From IMG/VR virus record IMGVR_UViG_3300005337_000441, positions 151,769 through 215,768 of that record: a stretch of DNA of 64,000 nt, one strand, 5' to 3'. The notes under the pieces are model-generated. The model was not told where the DNA came from, ran no database searches, and saw nothing but the letters and a program-made list of their open reading frames with translations. Of the stretch, positions 1-9,796 are shown piece by piece. Positions within the stretch are counted from its first letter, which is position 1. Every line of letters begins with the position of its first letter. Made by a program: the position numbers and the translations under genes.

Positions 1-632
1 TCGTTTTCGGTGATCATGTCGAGATACGGCACGAGCTTGCCCTCGAACACCAGCGCCATGTAGTGCAGCCAGATGTAGAAGAGGTACAGGATCGGGTCCC
101 CCCGCGTGTTGCGGAAAGACGCATCAACGGAGAACGCTTCGAAGTTGCGCGCCAGACCGTCCACCATCGACTGCGTTTCGTTGAACAGACCCGGTGTCGA
201 CGTGTACACCGGCACCGTCACATCGGGCCATCCGGAGATGGAGTTGATGTTGTTGGTGAGCACCGTGATGAACGGCGACATGTCGTCCACCACCGGACAG
301 TCACGCGGTGAGACTTTCGTGTTGTTGAACTTGTAGCCCGTTTGCTGCCGCGGATCGAGCATGCAGCGCACGTAGTTTTGAATCGACAGCGGCTCGTTGT
401 TCAGGAGCGCTGCCATTTGTCGGATGTTTCGAATGTTGTCCGTCTGCATGTTGAGTTGCGGACGAACGAAAAAAGTGAACCCTGCGAGGTCCTTGTTCGA
501 AGGTACAGCCGACGGAACCTGACCATGGTTGATGCCATAGAGGTTGTCGCCTATAGCCTTATCTAATGACCCGATCGGTGTCGACTGAAAATAGTCGTCC
601 AACGAATGGGGAACAATCACATTGACCGCCAT
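1..632 (-). CDS. Virion structural protein, phiKZ gp88-like (runs off window start)
   Basis: Not in ORF track because truncated. Hand translation from ATG at 632: MAVNVIVPHSLDDYFQSTPIGSLDKAIGDNLYGINH...GFTFFVRPQLN...NYVRCMLDP...SISGWPD...FRNTRGDPI, open to the window edge; divergent from the head-protein block as recalled for phiKZ gp88/gp89. Confidence 0.7.
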   Translation of the reverse strand, partial: MAVNVIVPHSLDDYFQSTPIGSLDKAIGDNLYGINHGQVPSAVPSNKDLAGFTFFVRPQLNMQTDNIRNIRQMAALLNNEPLSIQNYVRCMLDPRQQTGYKFNNTKVSPRDCPVVDDMSPFITVLTNNINSISGWPDVTVPVYTSTPGLFNETQSMVDGLARNFEAFSVDASFRNTRGDPILYLFYIWLHYMALVFEGKLVPYLDMITEN

Positions 633-666
633 CTAGAACCCTCATTTGAAAAGCTCGGAGCCAAAT

Positions 667-1746
667 ATGGACTTGGGATTCATCCAAACGGCACTTCAGC
701 ATGTCGCGAATGTCGTGAACCGTGTCCGCACGGTGACGAACTACTACCAGGACAAATCGCTTGTCGAAGCGACCAAATTGACCCGCGTGGAGCCTTTGAC
801 CATAGTATCGAAGGACCTCCTGAATTTCGACATCCTTCCCGATGTCAACAGCTCGCTGCTGAACATGTTCACGGCGTACTGGCTTCAGGCGGTCGCGGTG
901 CTCACCAAGGTCAAGGACGTCGAAGTCATCAAGATCCTCGACAAGCTCAACCCCGATCGTGACTCCACCGGCTGGCTGCTCTCCGAGTCGCTGAGCCAGG
1001 AATCGATCGCGACGATGGTCGCCAGCAACTACAAGCACTCGCTGCCCATCCGTGGCGTGGCGATGGAAGCCGACGACACCAAGAGCCTGCTGCAAGACGT
1101 CTCCAACCTGTCGGTGGGCAAGCTCATCAACGTGAAGATCTCCACCGACGGCGCCGACGGCAAGCCGGTGGACGTGTCCTTCCCGGTGAACATCCGTCTG
1201 ATGGCCTCTGTCGTGCCCGTGGGCACCATCCGTGGCCTGCTGGCCAAGACGACTGCGGACCTGTCCATCGTCGAGCGTTACCACGCCTGGCGCGGTGGCC
1301 GCATCGAGTTCATCCGTGACCTCATCTTCTGCCAGGATCTGATCCAGGAACAGAAGAAGAACGCCATCGAAGACGAGACCGGCACCGCTGAAGAGATCCA
1401 GCGTCGCGTGGCCAACGCCAAGAAGTTCGGCCTGCTCACCCACAACCCCTCGCTCGTCTCGGCCTCCAACCTCTTCGTGCTGAGCGAAGAAGCGGCCCGT
1501 GAAGTCGAAGGCAAGCTCGGCGGCAAGCTGTCCAACCCGCGCATCCGTGACAAGGCGTTCGAGAACACCTACGCCATGATCATCTGCGTGGTCGACCGCG
1601 AATGGGAGCGTGTCTACTTCTACGCCCGTGGCGTCTCCGCTGCCATGGACCTCTCCTTCAAGGAGATCAAGAAGGCCGCTGCCGACAAGGGCATGAACAT
1701 CGCCGACGTCCTGAAGGCTTTCCAGCTGGGCGCTCCGGCGTTCTAA
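667..1746 (+). CDS. Virion head/inner-body protein, phiKZ gp89-like
   Basis: GGAG just before ATG 667; SLVEATKLTRVEP, LDKLNPDR, IEFIRDLIFCQDLI motifs; AME processing-type site; gene order. Confidence 0.65.
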   Translation: MDLGFIQTALQHVANVVNRVRTVTNYYQDKSLVEATKLTRVEPLTIVSKDLLNFDILPDVNSSLLNMFTAYWLQAVAVLTKVKDVEVIKILDKLNPDRDSTGWLLSESLSQESIATMVASNYKHSLPIRGVAMEADDTKSLLQDVSNLSVGKLINVKISTDGADGKPVDVSFPVNIRLMASVVPVGTIRGLLAKTTADLSIVERYHAWRGGRIEFIRDLIFCQDLIQEQKKNAIEDETGTAEEIQRRVANAKKFGLLTHNPSLVSASNLFVLSEEAAREVEGKLGGKLSNPRIRDKAFENTYAMIICVVDREWERVYFYARGVSAAMDLSFKEIKKAAADKGMNIADVLKAFQLGAPAF

Positions 1747-1780
1747 GCCACCGACGCAACAAGTTACCCAAGGAGTTCTG

Positions 1781-2698
1781 ATGAAAATCTTTTCGTACGT
1801 GGCGTCGCTGCTTCCCCGCCTGACCAAGGATCAGGTTCTGGAAGATCTGCGCCACACCGGCGAGGAGCTGGTGTCGGTCGCCCAGCCGACCTATCGCAAC
1901 GGCGCGGATTTCTTCCGTACCAGCAAGTTCGAGTCCGACAAGGTCCGTGACCTGCAAGACTCGTTCAACGACAAGTTCGACCGCTCCGGCGGTCCGAAGC
2001 AATCCACGTTCCTCGGCGAGATCAACGCTCGTCTGCCGTTCCTGGTGGAAAACACCGAGTACGTCACCAAGCAGTGCGAACTGCTGTTCGAACGCGACAT
2101 CGTCTCCGATGGCCTCACTGCCAAGAAGGCGCTGCTGATGCGTGCCGCCGAGCACCTGTCGTTCCTGTCGCGTCTGTCGCTGGACGTGCTGAACTACGTC
2201 TACACGTTCGAGGCTCTGGCCGCCGGCGTGGAAGTCAGCGATGACTCGGGCCTGTCGCCGGCTGAAGCTGGCCACGTCGAGCGCAACATCGGCGTGTTCG
2301 CCAGCCTGCTGGGCGACTACGGCGTGCCCAACAAGGACTTCGAGAAGATCCTGCTGGCCATCCCCGAGGTGGTCGTGAGCAGCCGCTCCGAAGCCCAGCT
2401 GGCCTCGGTCTTCAAGGAACGTGATCTCGACCCCTTCAAGGGCCAGTACGTCCAAGGCTTCACGGGCAACCCGATCTACCACCTGCGCCTCCTGGTCGCA
2501 CAGTGGCAGGCGTCGCGCTACAAGGCCAACAAGGACAAGAAGAAGATGCTGGAACTGCGTCTGCTTCATCTGGAACTCCTGAAGGAGAAGAAGAACGATC
2601 CGAAGATCGAACAGGAAATCGACTACGTGCGTGGCCGTGTGGCTTCGCTGGATCGCTACCTGCGTGAAGTCGAGGAATCGGTCGAGGCGGAGGTCTGA
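1781..2698 (+). CDS. Virion inner-head protein, phiKZ gp90-like
   Basis: AAGGAG SD; GFTGNPIYHLR motif then C-terminal coiled coil (LELRLLHLE); gene order. Confidence 0.65.
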   Translation: MKIFSYVASLLPRLTKDQVLEDLRHTGEELVSVAQPTYRNGADFFRTSKFESDKVRDLQDSFNDKFDRSGGPKQSTFLGEINARLPFLVENTEYVTKQCELLFERDIVSDGLTAKKALLMRAAEHLSFLSRLSLDVLNYVYTFEALAAGVEVSDDSGLSPAEAGHVERNIGVFASLLGDYGVPNKDFEKILLAIPEVVVSSRSEAQLASVFKERDLDPFKGQYVQGFTGNPIYHLRLLVAQWQASRYKANKDKKKMLELRLLHLELLKEKKNDPKIEQEIDYVRGRVASLDRYLREVEESVEAEV

Positions 2699-2703
2699 GC
2701 ACC

Positions 2704-3318
2704 ATGTCGCAACCCTACCCCGTCATGCAGTCGGGGTTCGTTGCGGTCAGTGTGGAGGGCCTCACTCTCCCCGATCCCATCGAACCGACGATTCGCCAAT
2801 CCGTCATCTTCAAGGAGTTCAAGCCGCCGCTCTTGAACTACTACTACGCGCCGACCGTGACCGAGCTGTTCAACAGCTGGAGCGCCAACCCGAAGGTCAT
2901 GCGGGAGTTCGACTTCCGTGAACGTGTCCTCAAGGCTGCGTTCAAGTCCTTCGGCACCAAGGAGTTCCGCGCGTGGCTGAAACTTCAGCTCGACGCTGAC
3001 GCCCTGTCGGCCATGCACAAGAAGTTCCTGCTGGAAACGTGCGACTTCATCCTCAACGGGACGGAGCGTCGTGTGCAGAGCGTGCAGTGGATCAACCTGC
3101 TCGAAGCAGGTCCCGTCACGGCCTCCATCCGTCTGTCGCCTTCTGAGTTCCTTGCGAACAAGGACGGCGTGCGCGAATACGTGAACGTACCGGAGAAGAT
3201 GACCGCGCTCATCACGCAGTGGGTGACGCATCGTGAAGGCTTCGAGGACCTCCTCGTGAGTCTGTACGTCATCTTCGGTGCTCGTTCCCGTCAAAACGAC
3301 GTCGTCGACGTGGCGTAA
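2704..3318 (+). CDS. Conserved phiKZ-like hypothetical protein (gp91 position)
   Basis: 204-aa ORF with phage codon bias inside the head operon. Confidence 0.55.
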   Translation: MSQPYPVMQSGFVAVSVEGLTLPDPIEPTIRQSVIFKEFKPPLLNYYYAPTVTELFNSWSANPKVMREFDFRERVLKAAFKSFGTKEFRAWLKLQLDADALSAMHKKFLLETCDFILNGTERRVQSVQWINLLEAGPVTASIRLSPSEFLANKDGVREYVNVPEKMTALITQWVTHREGFEDLLVSLYVIFGARSRQNDVVDVA

Positions 3319-3323
3319 ACACC

Positions 3324-4643
3324 ATGCGCTTTCGTCGTCGTGCGATTGCCCAGGAGGAGCAGCTCGAAATCGAGAAGCTCCACGAGCAAGAGCTAGCAGC
3401 GAACAAGGACAGCGAGTTCGATGTTCTCTACGATCAAACGCAGAAGAACATCGCCGCTGACCAACAAACCAACGAGAAGAACGACTCCACGGACGAGCCA
3501 CCTGCCGGTGGTGACGATGAAGCCTTGGGTGAGGAGGAGGCCACGCCTCCTGAGGAAGCTCCCGCGCTGGAAGAGATTCGTAATCTCACCTATGCGTCGG
3601 AAGACTTCGCCACCTTCACGCACGACTTCAAAGAAACGTCCATGCTCCTGGGAACCCTGGGTATCACCTTCAGCCTCGCCGTCATCTCCAACCTCTTCAA
3701 GGGGGTGGTTTATGCGTTCTGCAAGATCGCACGACTGGTGTACGTCTCGACGTGGGCTCTGAAGAAGTACCTGGAGCGTCGAGAAGGCTCGTTCGAAGGA
3801 ATCAAGGCTTCTGTTGCAGATCTTCGCAAGACCCTGGATGTCGTGAAGGAAAGCGGCGATGCCTCGGACTTGAGTGAACAGAAGTACACACAAACGAAGA
3901 TCATCAACACGTTGAAGATCGGCAATAGTGTGGCATTCTCCGAGAACGTCGAAGTCCTTCGACGCTTCGTGGGAGATACTGTGCAACGTCTGTCCGCTCA
4001 AATTGAGCATGAGACGTCTGCCGTTCAACACATCGTGAGTGCGAGCGCGCGAGATGCAACCACGTTGCCCGCCAAGCTCATGAACATCGACGCTCATGGC
4101 GTCGGACTCACCGCGGGTGTGGTCGAGGGGTACGCGCCTGCCAGCGAGTACGTCCAGGCTTATCACAGCGCTCATGTGTTGCCTTCTGACGTTGTGCTCA
4201 TCGCCGCATTTCCGCGTGATGATCTGGAAGACTTCGATGCTGTCACGAAGGCCTATAACGATTCGTCGATGGTTCTCGGTTTCAATATGGCTTCATTCAC
4301 CGAAGTCGAAACCGTGGATTATATGACAATCGATGACCTCAGTGGTTTCCTCGATAAGCTAGATCAGCTCTGCGACGTTTGCATTGCGCACCAAGCAGTG
4401 TACACGAAGATCAAAAACAATCGACTCGTCCTGAAGAACTCCCTGAAGAACTTCTTCCACGGGCTCAGAAACAAAACTCACAAAGTCTCGTTGAAAAACA
4501 GTTTTGTGGAATACGTCTACCTCAAGACCATGTTCGTCGACAAGGTGTACTTGATGTCAATGATTGATCTGCATGACTATGCAACGAAGGTGCTCACCGC
4601 GGGCACTCGCATGGCCAAAGACACGATCAGTCGCATGACTTAA
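3324..4643 (+). CDS. Virion head protein with acidic propeptide (gp92-like)
   Basis: Acidic N-terminal region with AQE/ALE/ASE sites followed by a hydrophobic helix. Confidence 0.55.
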   Translation: MRFRRRAIAQEEQLEIEKLHEQELAANKDSEFDVLYDQTQKNIAADQQTNEKNDSTDEPPAGGDDEALGEEEATPPEEAPALEEIRNLTYASEDFATFTHDFKETSMLLGTLGITFSLAVISNLFKGVVYAFCKIARLVYVSTWALKKYLERREGSFEGIKASVADLRKTLDVVKESGDASDLSEQKYTQTKIINTLKIGNSVAFSENVEVLRRFVGDTVQRLSAQIEHETSAVQHIVSASARDATTLPAKLMNIDAHGVGLTAGVVEGYAPASEYVQAYHSAHVLPSDVVLIAAFPRDDLEDFDAVTKAYNDSSMVLGFNMASFTEVETVDYMTIDDLSGFLDKLDQLCDVCIAHQAVYTKIKNNRLVLKNSLKNFFHGLRNKTHKVSLKNSFVEYVYLKTMFVDKVYLMSMIDLHDYATKVLTAGTRMAKDTISRMT

Positions 4644-4769
4644 AGCTGCTGCTTGGACGACACGATTATCTTCATCGAGATTGAGTCGTCTGAGCAATAG
4701 GAGTGTTCTGGCACTCTCAAACTCAGAATCCAAACGTTTGGTTCAACTTTCCCCTTTTCTGGAGCACAT

Positions 4770-6110
4770 ATGCGCTTTCGTCAAAAAGCAATCGCAGCCC
4801 TCGAAGAAGCCGAAGTCGCAGCGGGTCTGACCCCCGAAGCGGTCGAGCCGGCTGAAGTGGTGCCTGCCACGGCCCCCGAAGTCGAAGCCGACGCCGGTGA
4901 GCTGGTGGAGAACGTCGCCGAGGTCGAAGAACTCGTCGCCGCCACCGAAGAAACCGAAAACGACGTGGAAACCCTGGGCGAGTACCAGGAGATCATGCAG
5001 GAGTCCGTGGACGCCGGCACCGGTCTGGAACCCGTCGCTGCCAACATCGCCGATGTCGCCATCGAGTCGATCAGCGCTCGCCTGGGCTTCACCTCGGCCC
5101 AGCGCACCATGCCCGCCATGGAATCCTTCGGCCAGACCGGCACCCGCCTGTCCAGCACCAAGGTGGCCCTGGAAGCCCTGAACGACAAGATCAAGCGCGG
5201 CCTGGACGCCGTCCTGAACTTCCTGAAGATGGTCTGGGACAAGATCAGCGGCTTCATCGCCGGCCTGCTCAAGAGTCGCGCCACGCTGCAGAAGCACATC
5301 GAGAGCCTGCTGGCTCGCGCCACCGAAGCCAAGGGCAAGGACGTCAAGCCCAAGGAAGCCAAGCTCAAGGGTGGCTACGCCGCCGCCGTGAGCGTGGACG
5401 GCAAGGCCGACAAGGGCACCGCCCTCGAAGTGCTGGCCGACTCGCGCAACCTGCTGGGCCTGATCGGCAAGATCAGCCCCGTGCTGAACGGCACGATGGG
5501 TTCGTCGAGCGACTCGCTGAACGCCTTCGTCAAGAAGGTCGCTGACGCCGCCCACAGCGGTGTCTCCAGCGCCTTCAGCGGCAGCAAGGTCGCCGTCGAG
5601 AAGGGCGCCGAAGGCGTCGACTACTACGGCCACCTGGTCAACACCAAGGCCATCGGCGTGAAGACGGGCGAGAAGGACGGCGTGACCGAACTGGTCGTCG
5701 ACGTCAACGCCACCGGCAAGACGGCTGCTGAAGCCGACGCACTCGACGCCGCCGGCGCCGAAGAAGTGCTGAAGAAGGCCCTGGACCTGGTGAAGAGCCT
5801 GGTGCAAGCCGACAAGGCCGAGAAGGACCTGAAGTCGGCCGCCAAGCACGCCATGGACAGCGTCGCTGGTCTGGCCAAGGCCATGGACAAGATGGCCACG
5901 GAAGACGGCAAGGTCGGTCCGGAAGTCTCGGCTTCCATCAAGGCCATGCGCGAAGTCAGCGGCACCATCTCCAAGCTGTCGCTGCAGCTGCCCACCCTGG
6001 TCTTCCAGGGCGCCAAGGCCGCTGCCGACTACGCCAGCGCCTCGCTGGGCAACCTGAAGGGCGAGGAAGCTGCTGCTGCCCCGGCCGAAGGTGGCGCCGC
6101 CGCTGCCTGA
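4770..6110 (+). CDS. Internal head (ejection) protein, phiKZ gp93-97 / phiKZ_IP family
   Basis: Glu-rich propeptide; ES-I-x-x-RLG...PAMES-F...VALE then amphipathic helix; strong codon bias suggests high copy number. Confidence 0.75.
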   Translation: MRFRQKAIAALEEAEVAAGLTPEAVEPAEVVPATAPEVEADAGELVENVAEVEELVAATEETENDVETLGEYQEIMQESVDAGTGLEPVAANIADVAIESISARLGFTSAQRTMPAMESFGQTGTRLSSTKVALEALNDKIKRGLDAVLNFLKMVWDKISGFIAGLLKSRATLQKHIESLLARATEAKGKDVKPKEAKLKGGYAAAVSVDGKADKGTALEVLADSRNLLGLIGKISPVLNGTMGSSSDSLNAFVKKVADAAHSGVSSAFSGSKVAVEKGAEGVDYYGHLVNTKAIGVKTGEKDGVTELVVDVNATGKTAAEADALDAAGAEEVLKKALDLVKSLVQADKAEKDLKSAAKHAMDSVAGLAKAMDKMATEDGKVGPEVSASIKAMREVSGTISKLSLQLPTLVFQGAKAAADYASASLGNLKGEEAAAAPAEGGAAAA

Positions 6111-6135
6111 TCGACTTCGGTCGTGAAGCACTGAG

Positions 6136-6174
6136 AGGGACGGGGCCTTCGGGCTCCGTCCCTTTTTGTCCGTC
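6136..6174 (+). terminator. Intrinsic terminator (cUUCGg loop) with TGTCCGTC box
   Basis: agggacggggcc-ttcg-ggctccgtccct then tttt. Confidence 0.8.
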
Positions 6175-6209
6175 TACTGAAGTATCCTATGATGAACTGA
6201 AGGACGGCT

Positions 6210-7850
6210 ATGCCCCACATTTCTGTAACTCTCCCTGAATCGGAGCAGGCGATTGGTCGCCCGGTGATCTTCGGGATCATTGATCAAATTCAGGACGTGT
6301 GCAAGATCGACAAGAGTGCGAAGATCTACTTTCCCGGTCCGACGGGCAAGATGCAGACGTCCGGCAGTGACATTGACGGTCAAGAACAAGACCGCTTTGC
6401 CACATTCGAAAACCAACGCATTGTCTTCATCGACGTGGATGAGGACTTCGACCGCAACACGCTGGGCTCGACGTCCGTGACCCGTGAAGAGTACGCGCCC
6501 GTCTTCGAGGATGCTGCTCTTGGCGTGCAGGTGTGTCCTGTCTACGCCACGAGTCAAGTGAGCATCCAGGTGCGCTACCGCACGCCTTCGGAGACCGAAG
6601 CCCAGCGCTGGCGTGACGACATGCGCATGCGCATCAGTCAGATGCGTGACACCAACCTGCACAAAGTCAAGTACCACTACAGTCTGCCGCAAACGGTCTG
6701 TCAGGTGATCGAGCACGTCTACGACAAGCGTGAAGCCGTGGCCGGTTACGGTGAAGACCTGGGTGTGTACTTCAAGGGACATGCCACCGAGCGGCTCACG
6801 TTGATCACGGACCAGGTTGGCAAGAACGTGCAGTTTGTGGTTGGTGAGAACCAAGGTCGCATCATCGGGCAGTTTGAGCTCGATGCGATTCCCCAGAAAC
6901 CCACGCGGGATGCCACACACGGTGTCTGGGAAGTCTCTTTCACCTACAAGTTCAACTACGAGCGCCCCGTGGGCGTGACCATGCACTACCCCGTGCAGGT
7001 CCACAACCAGCTGTTGGATCCAATGTTCGTGGCCTTCACGGACAAGCCGATCGATCCGTCGAGCTACCCCAAGAGCTTCTCCAAGTCGTTGTCTGCTCTG
7101 AATGCATTCGAGATGGACTCGATGATGAACGCAGCGGGCAATCCCGATCCGTTCATTCGGATGCCGCGCTACGATGACTTCAAGATCCCTCAGGTGCCTC
7201 AGGGCACGGGCACAGCCTGGCTGGCTCTGATCGAAGTGGGTGAGGACAAGAAGGAGCTCTTCAACCTGGCTGAGATGGGTGACATTGTCATGGACGCCGA
7301 CGTGATGAAGTTCATCCGTGAAGTCGAATGGCAGTACATCACCAAGCAGTTCAAGAGCATTCTGCACTTGACGCTGTATCGCAACGGCAACCAGCTCTCC
7401 ACTGGTCATCTGCAATGCGACGCTCAACTCAACGTCACCTCACGTGACGAGTTGGACTTGCGCAATCAGCACCGGGTGCGCATGGGTATCTACGTGGACC
7501 TGACACTTCTGCCCAAGGAAGCGATGGAGCGGCTGTGTCAATACCCCAAGGCCTTTGTGAAAATCATGCGGGCTATGAACTATCTGCTGAGGATCCATCC
7601 GGACTTCGGCAGCCTGGGCGACAAGAACCGCATCACGCCGCTGGAGTTCAGTGACGTCTACGCAGTCCTCACGGGCTACGGTTACAACAACGGTGTGCGG
7701 GGTCGCAATCCCGCCATGTTCAACGGCAGGCCTGATCAGTACCCGCTCTTCAAGAGCATCGATCCCCGGGTGCGGCAGGCTTATCAAGAGACGATGATCC
7801 GTCTGAAGACTTTGATGTCCGGCTACATCGTAGCCTATCAGGGCAATTGA
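6210..7850 (+). CDS. Virion structural protein (gp98-like)
   Basis: 546 aa; YPVQVHNQLL, WEVSFTYKFNYERP; late-type ATCCTATG upstream. Confidence 0.55.
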   Translation: MPHISVTLPESEQAIGRPVIFGIIDQIQDVCKIDKSAKIYFPGPTGKMQTSGSDIDGQEQDRFATFENQRIVFIDVDEDFDRNTLGSTSVTREEYAPVFEDAALGVQVCPVYATSQVSIQVRYRTPSETEAQRWRDDMRMRISQMRDTNLHKVKYHYSLPQTVCQVIEHVYDKREAVAGYGEDLGVYFKGHATERLTLITDQVGKNVQFVVGENQGRIIGQFELDAIPQKPTRDATHGVWEVSFTYKFNYERPVGVTMHYPVQVHNQLLDPMFVAFTDKPIDPSSYPKSFSKSLSALNAFEMDSMMNAAGNPDPFIRMPRYDDFKIPQVPQGTGTAWLALIEVGEDKKELFNLAEMGDIVMDADVMKFIREVEWQYITKQFKSILHLTLYRNGNQLSTGHLQCDAQLNVTSRDELDLRNQHRVRMGIYVDLTLLPKEAMERLCQYPKAFVKIMRAMNYLLRIHPDFGSLGDKNRITPLEFSDVYAVLTGYGYNNGVRGRNPAMFNGRPDQYPLFKSIDPRVRQAYQETMIRLKTLMSGYIVAYQGN

Positions 7851-7890
7851 AACCCGAAGTCGTGAAGAGCCTTTGTAGAAAATTTCCGCG

Positions 7891-7899
7891 ACATATACT
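7891..7899 (+). promoter_or_regulatory. Putative early promoter core ACATATACT
   Basis: Exact 9-mer found six times, always near the start of a non-structural gene. Confidence 0.6.
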
Positions 7900-7957
7900 G
7901 TACTTGGCAGCATTCCCAAGAATGACTGCAAGACCAATACTAGCGAGGAACAAACAC

Positions 7958-8260
7958 ATGGCAATTCACGACGACGGTCAGACTTTCGACAACGCAGCGC
8001 AGTCTCAAATGCGCATCGGTATCGAAAGCATCATGCCTCATCTCAACCAGCACCAGGAGACCCACTTGAGCGACGCCCCGATCTCGACCCCCACCACGGC
8101 CCAGTCCTCGCCTGCGCCGGCCAAGACCTACGCCGATCTCCTGGATCGTCCCGGGGTCCAAGCCAAGCTGTCCGACGACCTGATCGCCGCGCCCGGCCGC
8201 ATCGCACACTGCGCGATCGCCGGCGGCAAGGAACTCTGGAACCGCATCACCGCACGCTAA
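7958..8260 (+). CDS. Small hypothetical protein
   Basis: GAGGA SD, ATG 7958, own promoter motif and terminator. Confidence 0.6.
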   Translation: MAIHDDGQTFDNAAQSQMRIGIESIMPHLNQHQETHLSDAPISTPTTAQSSPAPAKTYADLLDRPGVQAKLSDDLIAAPGRIAHCAIAGGKELWNRITAR

Positions 8261-8273
8261 GCAGCGCACATGA

Positions 8274-8327
8274 CACATCACCTCTGCGGATCTAGACCGC
8301 AGGGGTGATGTGCTCTGTTTCTTTTTT
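8274..8327 (+). terminator. Intrinsic terminator
   Basis: cacatcacctctgcgg / ccgcaggggtgatgtg stem plus U-rich tail. Confidence 0.75.
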
Positions 8328-8365
8328 GCTCAAGTATCTTATGACTACTGCAAACTGGGAAGAAT

Positions 8366-9700
8366 ATGCCTGCAAACATTGCAACAGAAGATGTGACTGC
8401 AGCACCGGCTCTCAACGAAGAACTTGAGACGGTGCGTGCAGACAGCATGACGGTGAAGAAATCGTTGCGCGACATCTCGCTGGATCTGGATTTCATGCTC
8501 GGTGCTCGCTCCCGCATGGGCGAGCTCGTGCGCGTCAACGGCATCCTCACGGACGCCGTGGGTTACGGCATGCCGCTCGATGAGACGGGTGCCCAGATCG
8601 CCCAAGTGGCGGTCGAGAACATCTGTCGACGTCTGGGGCTGAGCACTCAAAAGGCTCAGATCACTCCTGGTCTGGAACACTTCAAGGACAAGGCCACGGC
8701 CATGATGGCCACCAAGATCGCGCTGGAGAGCGTGACCGAGGTGATCAAGACGCTTGCCAAGAAGATCATCGAGTGGCTCCAGGGCATCTGGAACCGCATC
8801 AAGAAGTTCTTCAGTCGCATCGGCGTTCAGCTGCGTCTGACCAAGGAGAATCTTCAGTCCGCCATCGGCCTGGTGAACAAGCTCCCGTCTGACGCCAAGC
8901 CTGTCACCGAGTACATCGAAGACAACAAGGTGGCCAACGAGGATTCGGAATACGCTGACCACGACTACAGCTTCCTTGACAACCACATCCTCTTCGGCAT
9001 CAAGGGCAAGTGCGATTCTTCCACTGCGATGGAGATCGTGAAGAACACCTCCACGTTGATCAACATCAACCGCGAGATCATTCTGCACATCGTCACGTGT
9101 CTGCAAAACCTCATGGATCGTCCTCCGAGCGAGGACAACCTGGAGGCCTACGCCGAGAAGCTCACGGGTGAGATCAAGGAGAAGATGAGTCGCTTCACCT
9201 TGCTCAACAAAAAGAGTGAAGGCAACAAGGTGGTCTACTCGTACGGGCACTTTCACGACAGCGAAGTCTTCCGGCTGCGTGAAGCTGTGGGTATGAGCGA
9301 GGACGACCAGCGGGTGCGCCTCTTCAACATCGATCTGTCCACTGAGAAGATCAAGGACGAACCTTACCGCGTGAAGGTGCTCTCCAAGGGCGAGATGAGC
9401 CATCTGGCCGTGGAGACCATGCGCCTGGTGGATCAGACCGAAGCCTTCAACAAGGTGATCCCGATCGTGGAGAAGGTGCTGCACCACGCTTCCGACACGC
9501 TGCAAGGCTTCTACAACAAGGTCACGACCGACGAAAGCAAGACCACTATCACCCAGGCACTGAACATGATTCACGACATGTTCAACTACGTGGGGCGTCA
9601 CCTGCCAGAGCTCTCAGCTTCTGCGGTGCGGGTGGCTTCGGACTCCTCGGTCTATGTGCGGGCCTCCGTGCAACGACACAAGAAAGCGCAAGCTGCGTGA
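8366..9700 (+). CDS. Internal head protein paralog (phiKZ_IP-like)
   Basis: VAVENICRRLG...PGLEHF...KIALES...IIEWLQGIW aligns with the 4770 protein. Confidence 0.7.
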   Translation: MPANIATEDVTAAPALNEELETVRADSMTVKKSLRDISLDLDFMLGARSRMGELVRVNGILTDAVGYGMPLDETGAQIAQVAVENICRRLGLSTQKAQITPGLEHFKDKATAMMATKIALESVTEVIKTLAKKIIEWLQGIWNRIKKFFSRIGVQLRLTKENLQSAIGLVNKLPSDAKPVTEYIEDNKVANEDSEYADHDYSFLDNHILFGIKGKCDSSTAMEIVKNTSTLININREIILHIVTCLQNLMDRPPSEDNLEAYAEKLTGEIKEKMSRFTLLNKKSEGNKVVYSYGHFHDSEVFRLREAVGMSEDDQRVRLFNIDLSTEKIKDEPYRVKVLSKGEMSHLAVETMRLVDQTEAFNKVIPIVEKVLHHASDTLQGFYNKVTTDESKTTITQALNMIHDMFNYVGRHLPELSASAVRVASDSSVYVRASVQRHKKAQAA

Positions 9701-9705
9701 GAATG

Positions 9706-9752
9706 CCCCGGGAGAGCTTCGGCTTTCCTGGGGTCTTATGCCGTCTTTTTTC
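9706..9752 (+). terminator. Terminator hairpin with TATGCCGTC box
   Basis: ccccgggagagc-ttcg-gctttcctgggg, TATGCCGTC at 9737-9745, then T tract. Confidence 0.75.
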
Positions 9753-9796
9753 TGTTCAGTCCTCAGATCCTATGATTACCATGACAGGAGGCTTGA

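Noticed and set aside
63-962. Short + strand ORFs at 63-566 and 606-962
   Set aside because: They overlap the minus-strand gp88-like gene or are out of frame with the gp89-like gene.
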